From sequence record MH533020.1: 64,000 nucleotides of DNA; one strand, given 5' to 3'. Below the pieces are notes generated by a model. It was given only the letters and a program-made list of their open reading frames with translations, had not been told where the DNA came from and made no database searches. Source of the DNA: Acinetobacter phage ABPH49. Of the stretch, positions 55,241 through 63,830 are shown piece after piece (the stretch's first letter is position 1; every line of letters starts with the position of its first letter). A program made the position numbers and the translations under genes.

Positions 55241-55779
55241 CGGAAGAGAAAAAGAAGAAGCAAAAACCACGCCTGAAGTCGAAGGAAGATCGTGCAGCTC
55301 ATGATCTGTACGAAACTCCAAAGTGGTGTGTTGATTCTATTCTGAAGATCATCCCGATCAGGAACGACTGGTCTTACATGGAACCTTGCCGGGCATCCGG
55401 CAGGTTTTATAACCACATGCCGATCGGTTCTGCGTGGGGAGAGATCAGACACGGTATCGACTACCTGAAAACGGAGTACAACAACCGTGTGGATTGCATC
55501 CTGACCAACCCTCCATTCCTGCTGGCACAGGAGTTCGTGGAGAAGGCGCACAAGGACGCAGACGTGGTAATCATGCTGCTTCGCCTTGGGTTCTTGGAGA
55601 GTCAGCGTCGGGAAGAGTTCTGGAAACAGTATCCTCTCAACCACCTGATCACTCTGTCACGAAGACCATCCTTTACCGAGGACGGAAAGACTGATGGGGC
55701 AGGGTACGGATACTTCGTTTGGGATCCCAAGGGCAAGCTGAAAGACTTGAAATTGCCACCGTTCATGTGGATCAGCTGA
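55237..55779 (+). CDS. putative DNA N6-adenine methyltransferase
   Basis: ILTNPPF (motif IV, DPPY-like) and EPCRASGRF (motif I-like); 180 aa. Confidence 0.45.
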   Translation: MTEEKKKKQKPRLKSKEDRAAHDLYETPKWCVDSILKIIPIRNDWSYMEPCRASGRFYNHMPIGSAWGEIRHGIDYLKTEYNNRVDCILTNPPFLLAQEFVEKAHKDADVVIMLLRLGFLESQRREEFWKQYPLNHLITLSRRPSFTEDGKTDGAGYGYFVWDPKGKLKDLKLPPFMWIS

Positions 55780-55784
55780 TACAA

Positions 55785-55808
55785 GGCCGCCTTCGGGCGG
55801 CTTTTTTC
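55785..55808 (+). terminator. rho-independent terminator
   Basis: GGCCGCC-TTCG-GGCGGC + TTTTTTC. Confidence 0.7.
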
Positions 55809-55818
55809 GTTTATGGTG

Positions 55819-55847
55819 TTGACACCCGGTAATGATTCGAGTAATAT
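55819..55847 (+). promoter_or_regulatory. sigma70 consensus promoter TTGACA-N17-TAATAT
   Basis: perfect -35, near-perfect -10, immediately after terminator. Confidence 0.6.
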
Positions 55848-55868
55848 GCTCTAAACACCGGAGGAAAC

Positions 55869-56228
55869 ATGAAATATTACCTGTATGCAGTTGCCCTGTT
55901 CACCAAGAAAGACAAGAAGCCTAACGGCTCGATGGTAAAACTCGTCGAAAGTAAGGATGAAGGTCTTGAAAGTGAAGGCATCCGGTGCTACACTTTGAAA
56001 ATCGACACGGCGACATTCTCTCGTTGGAATAATGCTCTGTCCTCCTGCGATGACGGTACAGGTTGGGCAGTTATCCCACAAACAGAAGCGGAGCTGTTGG
56101 CTAAAATAACGGGGAAAGAGTTAAAACCTTTCCGAAACCCAGATTGGGAAGACAAAATAGAGGAGTATAAAGCATGGCCGGGCCAAAACGAGACTTCGAC
56201 AAGGTATTTGAGTTCGAGACAGCTGTAA
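55869..56228 (+). CDS. hypothetical protein
   Basis: 119 aa, GGAGGAAAC RBS. Confidence 0.35.
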   Translation: MKYYLYAVALFTKKDKKPNGSMVKLVESKDEGLESEGIRCYTLKIDTATFSRWNNALSSCDDGTGWAVIPQTEAELLAKITGKELKPFRNPDWEDKIEEYKAWPGQNETSTRYLSSRQL

Positions 56229-56386
56229 ATCCAGACTTCCTCGCGGCAGTTAGCTGTTACCCGGACGTGTGGATCTCTTATATCGGTACAGAATCTTGGG
56301 ACGATAGCATTGAAGTTATCGTGACTTCAAAAAATGAAAAGTCGGTGTCTGAGCTGGCAGAAAGATTCGGAGGTAAGAATGGCTGA
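56174..56386 (+). CDS. hypothetical protein
   Basis: 70 aa, GAGGAG RBS; overlaps previous ORF by 55 nt. Confidence 0.35.
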   Translation: MAGPKRDFDKVFEFETAVNPDFLAAVSCYPDVWISYIGTESWDDSIEVIVTSKNEKSVSELAERFGGKNG

Positions 56387-57640
56387 TATCAAAAATATCT
56401 GGTTGGTGGCGCTGTCCGCGACATGCTGATGGGCAAGGAACCAAAAGACCGCGATTACGTGGTGGTTGGGTCTACCCATGAGGAGATGATCTCCCTTGGC
56501 TTCGGTATGCCATTTGGTGCGGCATTCCCTGTCTATCACCACCCTGAAACCAAGGAAGAGTATGCACTGGCACGTACAGAGCGCTCAACCGGTCCGGGTT
56601 ACCACGACTTCGAGACTTTGTTCTCGCCTGACGTAACTCTGGAACAGGACCTGCTTCGCCGCGACCTGACGATCAATGCGATCGCATACGACGAAGAGAC
56701 TGGTGAGTTCATCGATCCGCATGGCGGTGTTGAAGACATCAAAAATAAACAGCTGCGTCCGGTAAACCCAAAGGCATTCCTTGAGGATCCTCTGCGAATC
56801 TACCGACTGGCTCGTCTGTTTGCCCGGTACGGCGGTGAGTTCCAAATCGGTTGGCGCACCATGTGGCTGGTAACTCAGGCTGTCAAAGCCGGTGGCCTGA
56901 ACCACCTGCCAAAGGAAAGGAAATTCGCCGAGATCGAGAAGTGCTTCAAAGACGACTCTCGCAGCAACAAACCTTCCATGATGATCACCTTCTTGGCAGA
57001 TATCGGTGAACTGCCGGAGATTGCTGCTCTGGAAGGTGTCCCACAACCGGCGGAGCACCATCCTGAGGGTGACGCTTTCGTCCACACTATGTTGGTGATG
57101 GATGCCGCGTTCAATCTGGGGGCGAGCGCACAGGAGCTGTTCGCAGCCATGCTGCACGACGTGGGAAAGGCCGTGGTTTACGAAAAGTACGGCAAGCTTC
57201 ACGGTCACGAAGAGGCGGGTGTTCCGGTAGTGGAGCAAGTGTGCGACCGGTTTGGTGTACCACTCAGCTGGAGAAAGCTGGCGGTTGTGTGCACAGAGAA
57301 TCATGGCCGGGTCCACAAAATCCGCGACATGCGCCCAAAAAAGGTTCTGGCACTCCTTGAACGATTGAAAGCAGAGCAATCCTTTGATACGATGCTGTCA
57401 CTGTGTCTGGTTTGTCAGGCCGACGCATGGGGACGTGGCCCGGATCGTTATGGAAAGATGTACCTGCAAGGGGTGTACCTGATGAATGTTGCAGAAGCTC
57501 TGGCACTGGCACGGAAAGATCTGAAGATCAAAAACCGTGAAATTGCCTTGCAATGCAAAGGTAATCCGGGTAAGATTGCTGAAAGAGTTCGGGCAGAGAA
57601 ACTGTCCGTGGTAAAATCCGCGATACGGGAGATGAGTTGA
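56379..57640 (+). pseudogene. cca: tRNA nucleotidyltransferase (CCA-adding enzyme, class II + HD domain) with apparent A-run deletion at 56391-56395
   Basis: MADIKN (frame x) then YLVGGAVRDMLMG...RDLTINA...HDVGK in frame -1; restoring one A gives MADIKKYLVGGAVRD, the canonical N-terminus. Confidence 0.75.
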
Positions 57641-57996
57641 TGGAAGAGGCAAAACGTAACCAACCGGCAGAGACGTTCTTGGACTTCATGTTGTCAAACC
57701 CCCATGACTTTGTGGTCAAGAAGGAAGACATGAAATCTCACTACACCATGACTGTCCGTCACAAATGGACATCCGCCTCAGTTGTGGTCGTGTCTGGGCG
57801 TGGTGACGTATACACCATCCGCCCGGTGGAGGAGAAAGAGGGTGTTATCGGCTACAGTCATCCAGATACCGCGAAAAACATCTGGAATCAGGGAAGCCGA
57901 ATCATCGAAGACGAGAAAATCTTCGGAGAATATTCCCGTGACGTGAGGACTTCGGCGGCACTGGGGGAGTTCTATGACAAAAAAGAAGAAGGATAA
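57640..57996 (+). CDS. hypothetical protein
   Basis: 118 aa. Confidence 0.35.
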   Translation: MEEAKRNQPAETFLDFMLSNPHDFVVKKEDMKSHYTMTVRHKWTSASVVVVSGRGDVYTIRPVEEKEGVIGYSHPDTAKNIWNQGSRIIEDEKIFGEYSRDVRTSAALGEFYDKKEEG

Positions 57997-58198
57997 GTTC
58001 CGCTTCGAAGGGCATGTCTGGTATGCAGACAAGAACTGTGGTAAACAAGTCTGCGCCGCGTGCGGGCTTGTTGCCCTTAACAATGAGGCCAGCGACTGGT
58101 GCATCCGTAAAGGTTGCAATTACAAAGATGATCCTGCTTACGAGTTGGCGATGGTCCGGCTTACAGAAGGGAAGAGCTTTATAAGGAGGAAACGATGA
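57974..58198 (+). CDS. small Cys-rich (zinc-binding) protein
   Basis: CGKQVCAACG...CIRKGC. Confidence 0.35.
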   Translation: MTKKKKDKFRFEGHVWYADKNCGKQVCAACGLVALNNEASDWCIRKGCNYKDDPAYELAMVRLTEGKSFIRRKR

Positions 58199-58668
58199 AA
58201 TTAAGAGCTTATGCGCTGGTAAACCAATACATCGCCGGGATCCATGCCGGTATTCAGACTGCTCACGCGCTGATGGAATTGTCCGCGAAGTATGATCTTC
58301 GAGACTGCTTTGACGGAGATGATGCTGCAATGTTTTACGACTGGCGTCGGGAAGACAAAACGCTCATCGTCCTCAATGGTGGGTACCAGCAGCGTATCTA
58401 CGAGGCGATGGAGCTTTGGTCCAAGAGCGTATTCCCATATGCCCACTTCTGTGAAGAGCAGGATGCGTTAAACGGTGCATTGACGGCTGCGGTAATCATC
58501 CTGCCGGAGTATGTCTACGATCGAGCTAACCACATCACTTCTGAGGATGGTTCGTCGCTGTACCACATGCCGGATGGTCTCGAGACAGGAAATGACGTTG
58601 TCGAACTCAACTACATCGAGCGTCAAATCTCTGAATCTTTGGGCAAATTCCGACTGAAGGGGGAGTAA
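58195..58668 (+). CDS. hypothetical protein, possible PTH2-like peptidyl-tRNA hydrolase
   Basis: [25 protein letters not shown] resembles PTH2 [39 protein letters not shown] follows. Confidence 0.3.
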   Translation: [157 protein letters not shown]

Positions 58669-58949
58669 TGGAAGATAAACACGGGGTGTTCATGTACGGG
58701 GACGAGAAGATCGTCGTCTACCAGCAGCCGGGTTGGTTGTACATGTATTGGCGGCACCTGCCGATCGAATACGGTACACGACTCGCACAGACAGGTCCAA
58801 GTGTTTTCGAAAAGAAATACAAAGGATCTTTTGAGAAGTGGTTCGATGCTGTCCAGAAGCGAGAGAAAGAAACAATGCTCAGCTATCAGGAACAGGCGCG
58901 TGACCTTCTTAACCAAGCGGAGTATATCCGTAAAAACAACGGATTCTGA
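58668..58949 (+). CDS. hypothetical protein
   Basis: 93 aa. Confidence 0.35.
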   Translation: MEDKHGVFMYGDEKIVVYQQPGWLYMYWRHLPIEYGTRLAQTGPSVFEKKYKGSFEKWFDAVQKREKETMLSYQEQARDLLNQAEYIRKNNGF

Positions 58950-58957
58950 GGAGAATC

Positions 58958-59437
58958 ATGAAAGTAAAAGAGCTTATCGACCTCTTGTCGAAGATGGACC
59001 CAGAGGCTACGGCGCTGTTCGCAGCTGACCGTCTCCACGCCTCCATCGGTGGAACACCGGCCCTGCCGGTTGCCACGGTGTCCGCTGGTTTTGACTGGGA
59101 CAACAACAAAGTGTTCATTGGGCCGCCGGTTGGCGCTCACTTCCTGCAAGTTTCCCGGGAAGACTTCAGAGAGGTCATCGAGTGGAAGCAGCTGCTGTCC
59201 GGTTGTCGTAGTCGTGGGGAAGTTAAGGCGATCCAAGCGAAATACATTGACAAGGAAGAGTTGCGTGGTAAACTGGCCGACATCATCAGAAAACATTTTG
59301 GTGATGACTGGTACCCGAGCTGTTCCGAGTCGATTTTCCAGTGCGACACCCCGTTGATCGAGTCCCCTTCAGTGGTTGCTGAAATCATGGAAGAGTTCGA
59401 TCTTTACAAAAGCGTAGATGAAGAAGAAGAGGAGTAA
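58958..59437 (+). CDS. hypothetical protein
   Basis: 159 aa, acidic C-terminus. Confidence 0.35.
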   Translation: MKVKELIDLLSKMDPEATALFAADRLHASIGGTPALPVATVSAGFDWDNNKVFIGPPVGAHFLQVSREDFREVIEWKQLLSGCRSRGEVKAIQAKYIDKEELRGKLADIIRKHFGDDWYPSCSESIFQCDTPLIESPSVVAEIMEEFDLYKSVDEEEEE

Positions 59438-59442
59438 TAAAC

Positions 59443-59841
59443 ATGGCTGCATACATTTCGGTAATCGTACTTCAGGCACTGTGCCTGTTTCTGGCACTGT
59501 TCGGCATGTTCGGCAAGGCGATCCTGAAGAAAGCCGGTAAGTGGGAATTCAAACCTGAGCCGATCTCTACAGCTCAGAAGGTTGTCCAGCTGCTTATCGC
59601 GATTGGCTACGCGGTGCTGATTTACTTTGCCACCATCGGCACCTTCGTCGGCAACCTGCCTCTGGTTCTGTTCGTTATTCAGGTGACCACCACTTCAGTT
59701 CTTTACCTGAAGCACCTGCCTAAGCGAATGACGTCTGATGACCTGTCCGGCACCATGTTCACCATCAGCGTCGCATACGCGATTGGTATTCTGGTCGCCT
59801 ACACCTACATGGGTCTGGTCTGCGCCCGAGTGGTTGGCTGA
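59443..59841 (+). CDS. 4-TM membrane protein
   Basis: 132 aa with four hydrophobic helices. Confidence 0.45.
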   Translation: MAAYISVIVLQALCLFLALFGMFGKAILKKAGKWEFKPEPISTAQKVVQLLIAIGYAVLIYFATIGTFVGNLPLVLFVIQVTTTSVLYLKHLPKRMTSDDLSGTMFTISVAYAIGILVAYTYMGLVCARVVG

Positions 59842-60053
59842 TGAAAACATGTGACAGCTGCACACACTGCATTGTCATGAAAGGGAAGCCGCACAATCTG
59901 TGCGGCCTTCACGATTATAGAGTCAAGGGGGTTCACACCTGCTTGAGCTTCAAAGGGAGAAAATATGAGCGAAGAGAACAAGGTCCCCGGAAAAGTAATC
60001 ATGAAGTGCTTGGCCGGATCGAAGGCATACGGAACATCTGTCCCGACGAGTGA
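59841..60053 (+). CDS. small Cys-rich protein
   Basis: CDSCTHC...CGLHDYRVKGVHTC; 3' part overlaps NTase gene. Confidence 0.25.
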   Translation: MKTCDSCTHCIVMKGKPHNLCGLHDYRVKGVHTCLSFKGRKYERREQGPRKSNHEVLGRIEGIRNICPDE

Positions 60054-61041
60054 CACAGACATTCGTGGGATCTTTGTTGCCGAGCCAAAGTCTATCCGCA
60101 CACCGTGGTACACCGTTGGTGAATACACCATGCCAGACGAAGAAGATGGAAAACTTTATGAGCTGAACAAGTTCATGGAGCTGTTCGTCGATATGAACCC
60201 AAACATCATCGAACTTATGTTCGTCAGGGAGTCGGAGATCCTCTTCTCGACACCTGAGTATTGGGAACTCCGTCGACATGCTCACGCTCTGCTGTCGAGC
60301 AAGGTAGCCTTCAAGTTCTCCGGGTACGCGATGGCACAGCTGAAGCGCATCAAAGGCCACGACAAATGGATCAACAACCCACAGCCGGTAGAGGTCCCAA
60401 GCCAGCTGGAATTCTTCAGGATGGTGAATAACTACACTGAAGAGAGGATCTTGAAACATAAAGACTTCATGGACGTACTGATCAGGCTGGAGGGTCTTGC
60501 ATCACTGATCCCTCTGGGAAACTGGTTGTACGGTGTGGTGTTCGACTACCGAGAGTCGGTGCCTCCGATGTTCAACCCGGACGGGTCAATCAGGAAGATC
60601 GCTTATGAGGACATTCCTGACGACATCAAGAAACGCGCGCCGCTCTTCATCGTAAAATACTTGAGCGAGGACCACAAACTCGCAAAAGAAAAGCACAGGA
60701 ACTACTGGACGTGGAAGGAAAACCGCAATGCGGCCCGTCACGAACTGGAGGTTAAGTTCGGTTACGACACAAAACACGCCATGCACCTTGTGCGGCTTAT
60801 GCGTATGGCCCGTGAGATCCTCGAAACCGGAGAGGTCCATGTCTGGAGGCCTGACCACGAAGAGCTTGTTGGTATTCGAAACGGATCCCTTGATTACGAC
60901 ACCCTGATCGAGTGGGCCGAGATGACCGACGAGTATGTGCGGGGCGAGGCATACCAGAACACAAAACTTCCTAAAAAGGTTGACTTGAAGCTGGCATCTG
61001 ATATACTGCTCAAAGTTCAGGACATGGCTTGGAGGAGTTAA
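59965..61041 (+). CDS. Pol-beta-superfamily nucleotidyltransferase (minimal NTase core + helical C-domain)
   Basis: GSKAYGTSVPTSDTDIRGIFV = [GS]-x9-13-DxD NTase signature; 358 aa; GGGAGA RBS. Confidence 0.5.
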   Translation: MSEENKVPGKVIMKCLAGSKAYGTSVPTSDTDIRGIFVAEPKSIRTPWYTVGEYTMPDEEDGKLYELNKFMELFVDMNPNIIELMFVRESEILFSTPEYWELRRHAHALLSSKVAFKFSGYAMAQLKRIKGHDKWINNPQPVEVPSQLEFFRMVNNYTEERILKHKDFMDVLIRLEGLASLIPLGNWLYGVVFDYRESVPPMFNPDGSIRKIAYEDIPDDIKKRAPLFIVKYLSEDHKLAKEKHRNYWTWKENRNAARHELEVKFGYDTKHAMHLVRLMRMAREILETGEVHVWRPDHEELVGIRNGSLDYDTLIEWAEMTDEYVRGEAYQNTKLPKKVDLKLASDILLKVQDMAWRS

Positions 61042-61043
61042 AA

Positions 61044-61304
61044 GTGTTGCAGCAGTTGCCGTTCGTTGAGATGGGTGCCGGTCTGGCACTCATCCTGTAC
61101 TTTGCGATGGTTCTTCGTGTGTTCTTGCGTCTCAAGCGGGACGTTGTTCTCAGAAGGGTTGTCGGCAAAGAATCACAGGAGGATTGGGAGGATTTATGCT
61201 GGAAGATGGCAGCGTGGTGGCCGGTAGTCCCGGTGACAAAGAAGATCCTGAGGAAGTTATCGAAGTCAAAGAGTGCCGTGGTTGCGGTAAATTTGGCGAA
61301 GTGA
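61044..61304 (+). CDS. small membrane protein
   Basis: GTG start; TM segment GAGLALILYFAMVLRVFL. Confidence 0.25.
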   Translation: MLQQLPFVEMGAGLALILYFAMVLRVFLRLKRDVVLRRVVGKESQEDWEDLCWKMAAWWPVVPVTKKILRKLSKSKSAVVAVNLAK

Positions 61305-61366
61305 ACTTTGACGGGTACGGGATCCAACAGTATTATTGTGGAGGAAGTCCAAATTGTTGTCCGTGA
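61184..61366 (+). CDS. small Cys-rich protein
   Basis: GGAGG RBS; CRGCGKF...CGGSPNCC. Confidence 0.3.
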   Translation: MGGFMLEDGSVVAGSPGDKEDPEEVIEVKECRGCGKFGEVNFDGYGIQQYYCGGSPNCCP

Positions 61367-61698
61367 ATGAAACATTCGAGGTTGGTGAAAAGGTAATAAT
61401 CAGTCGGGCCGGGTACAGTAAAGCTGTGTCAACCGTTGAGAGGATGACAAAAACACTGTACATTCTGAAAAACGGGATGCGCTTCTCCCGAGAAAGCAAC
61501 TCCGCGAAGAATGACAGCCATTACACCATAACCTGCCTAATGAAGGCGACACCGGAAAGGCTTCGTAAGGTCTATGCCCAAAACTGGCGCAGGACTTTAC
61601 ATGCTTTTGACTTTAATGAGTTCGACGATGATGCCATCATGGCCGTCGCCAAGGTGTTCAAGGAGGAGCGTGATAGATGTCAAAAGAAAACAAACTGA
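61363..61698 (+). CDS. hypothetical protein
   Basis: about 111 aa. Confidence 0.3.
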   Translation: MNETFEVGEKVIISRAGYSKAVSTVERMTKTLYILKNGMRFSRESNSAKNDSHYTITCLMKATPERLRKVYAQNWRRTLHAFDFNEFDDDAIMAVAKVFKEERDRCQKKTN

Positions 61699-62129
61699 TC
61701 CGTGGTCAGCTGTCGATCTCCAGACGGGATGGCGGCGGTGTACCGGCGCGAGTGACCATCAAGATTCGTGATGAAGTAAGCCGTACCGATTTTGTTGAGA
61801 TTGAGATTCCGTTCGACGAGTTCGCAAGGGCGCTGATGGGATCCGCAGAGCGTCCAATGGGCTACCGTACTAAAGGTCTGGACGTTATCGGCAAAGAACG
61901 CATCAATGAGAATCGCAAGATGATCGTGGACAACGTCGGTTACGACAAGGATGTGTATTCCAAAATCATCGATCGAGACTTCAAAGAGGAAGGGTGGAAA
62001 GCCTGCTCTTATCTCGGTTCAAAGAACTCGATCACTCGACTGGGTGACGAAAAGGTTCAACTGAGCTTTGTCGTGAGCAAATACGAGGAGAGCAAAGACA
62101 ATGAGTACAAGCATCCACCTGAGCCGTGA
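61677..62129 (+). CDS. hypothetical protein
   Basis: 150 aa. Confidence 0.35.
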   Translation: MSKENKLIRGQLSISRRDGGGVPARVTIKIRDEVSRTDFVEIEIPFDEFARALMGSAERPMGYRTKGLDVIGKERINENRKMIVDNVGYDKDVYSKIIDRDFKEEGWKACSYLGSKNSITRLGDEKVQLSFVVSKYEESKDNEYKHPPEP

Positions 62130-62270
62130 GCAGCTGCTGTTCATCGCCTGTAAATTAGCCGCCGGTGAGGGGTCAATCGAAGGATGGGCACGTCACTACA
62201 ACTTCAAGGATGGTATCCCCGCCGGTTACGCGGAGAAACAGATCCGAGACTACATCGAGGAGGTTCGTGA

Positions 62271-62483
62271 ATGAGCTTCGGTATCCCACCGATCGGTGTC
62301 GGCGACTTCTCCGAATACTTCGAAAGGCTGAACAAACAGCCTCAAGTTGTCCAACCGGTCGAGAAAAGTGACTGTCTACACGTAAACTGCCCTTCCTGTC
62401 GTGGGACCGGTATTCGTGCAAACGGTCAGATGTGTGTTCATGGGATCAGCTGCCCATGCAAAAACTGCCGGACTTATGCATAA
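62271..62483 (+). CDS. zinc-ribbon protein
   Basis: CLHVNCPSCRGTG...CVHGISCPCKNC. Confidence 0.35.
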   Translation: MSFGIPPIGVGDFSEYFERLNKQPQVVQPVEKSDCLHVNCPSCRGTGIRANGQMCVHGISCPCKNCRTYA

Positions 62484-62503
62484 GAATTCATGAGTAAGGT
62501 ATC

Positions 62504-62540
62504 GCCTATGGGTGGGATCTCATCCATAGGCATTTTATTA
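62504..62540 (+). terminator. stem-loop terminator
   Basis: GCCTATGG-12 nt-CCATAGGC perfect 8-bp stem followed by ATTTTATTA. Confidence 0.45.
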
Positions 62541-62671
62541 CTAATTATCGTCATTTATCTGCACAAATTCAAATCCTCTAAATATCTGTTGCAGTGTGCT
62601 ACTACAAATCCCTGCCTGTAGCTTCTCTTCTTTTTGTGGTAAAATGGTTACGTACCGATAAGGAGGTAATC

Positions 62672-63145
62672 ATGTTTTACTCATACACGATGAACACCCC
62701 CTTTGTTACCAAAAGCCATCCAAAACTCCTCGACGGAGATCTAATCACCTTCTCTGGCGGTTACATCAGGCACATCACCGATGAGGATTACAATAATACC
62801 TTCGTAGTCAGGGATCTGAGCAGGGATGTGTCTTATCGCGCCAGTTCCGCAGACTTGATTGTGACAAGAGGTGGTGATGGAAATCGTCCTTGGCAGCAGC
62901 TGAAGATCGTTGTTCCAAGGACTAGGGCGGGCCACATGGTTCTGAATGACTTCCCCGATGAGGACGATCGGGACGACGTGGCTAACTTCATCGAGGTACT
63001 CTCGGAGATGCAAAGGGAGTACGACAAAAGGAACGGAGTAATGTCGAAATTGCTTGGGTTGATGAAGGATCCTGTCGCAAAAATCATCTTGTTGGCAGGT
63101 TTGGTATATGCTATGGTGACAGTATTCGTGCTGGTTGCCGGTTAA
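62672..63145 (+). CDS. hypothetical protein with C-terminal TM anchor
   Basis: TAAGGAGG RBS; preceded by TGgTAAAAT extended -10 at about 62623-62631. Confidence 0.4.
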   Translation: MFYSYTMNTPFVTKSHPKLLDGDLITFSGGYIRHITDEDYNNTFVVRDLSRDVSYRASSADLIVTRGGDGNRPWQQLKIVVPRTRAGHMVLNDFPDEDDRDDVANFIEVLSEMQREYDKRNGVMSKLLGLMKDPVAKIILLAGLVYAMVTVFVLVAG

Positions 63146-63149
63146 CGTA

Positions 63150-63187
63150 AAGGGCTAATCATCTTCGGGTGGTTGGCCCTTTCTTCT
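63150..63187 (+). terminator. rho-independent terminator
   Basis: 12-bp G:U-containing stem with TTCG loop then T-rich tail. Confidence 0.5.
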
Positions 63188-63299
63188 TGTAAAGGCCTGT
63201 ACGGCCTCGAGAGACAACACCTGTACATCGGCTCATCTTTCCTGAGATCGGCCCACAGTGGCCCGCACAGGAGCAAACAGAGGCATTTGAGGAGGTTAT

Positions 63300-63788
63300 T
63301 TGATAGAGCACATGCAAGACTGCAAAGATGCGGTGATGATCCTTGCTTCCAAGTGGAAATACGAGGACATGGTTATCGACAGGAAAGACATGTTGAGGGA
63401 TTACTCCACAAGAGAGGTCCATGTCCGAGAGTGGCCCAACTCATTAGTGGGTAACGGGTACAGATTCAAAGCCACCCGGGCAGAGGGGCGAGGTGGGGAG
63501 ATGTCAGACTGGAGGTTCTGGAAAACAGAGAGCAACTGCCTGCTGCAATGGAGAACAGGGATAGGGAAAGAGGGCTGGGACAACCACCGGTTTGTGATCA
63601 CCACCTTCGGAAAAGAGTCTGTTGTTGAACGACTTCCGGTGAACAAGTTCTTCTCCAATCCTCTCGAACCAACAGACGGAGAGATGATGATGTTCATGAT
63701 GTTGTACCCGGAGGTTATCCCGGCACTGGCGGGGATGAAGAACATAGGACCTTGGATCTGGGAATGGAAAAAGAGGGCGAACAGATGA
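63300..63788 (+). CDS. hypothetical protein
   Basis: 162 aa, GAGGAGG RBS, TTG start. Confidence 0.4.
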   Translation: MIEHMQDCKDAVMILASKWKYEDMVIDRKDMLRDYSTREVHVREWPNSLVGNGYRFKATRAEGRGGEMSDWRFWKTESNCLLQWRTGIGKEGWDNHRFVITTFGKESVVERLPVNKFFSNPLEPTDGEMMMFMMLYPEVIPALAGMKNIGPWIWEWKKRANR

Positions 63789-63789
63789 C

Positions 63790-63822
63790 AAAAAGGGAGC
63801 CGAATGGCTCCCTTTTCTTTTA
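63790..63822. terminator. bidirectional terminator GGGAGCC-gaat-GGCTCCC (copy of 13082-13113)
   Basis: between convergent genes. Confidence 0.6.
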
Positions 63823-63830
63823 TCGCTTAC

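Noticed and set aside
43996-56395. Programmed ribosomal or transcriptional frameshifting at the two CAAAAATA sites, nrdB and the spanin
   Set aside because: There are no X-XXY-YYZ heptamers or long A/T runs (only A5, TT, GG). All four are minimal homopolymer deletions in unrelated genes, a pattern more typical of consensus sequencing error. Left open in the findings.
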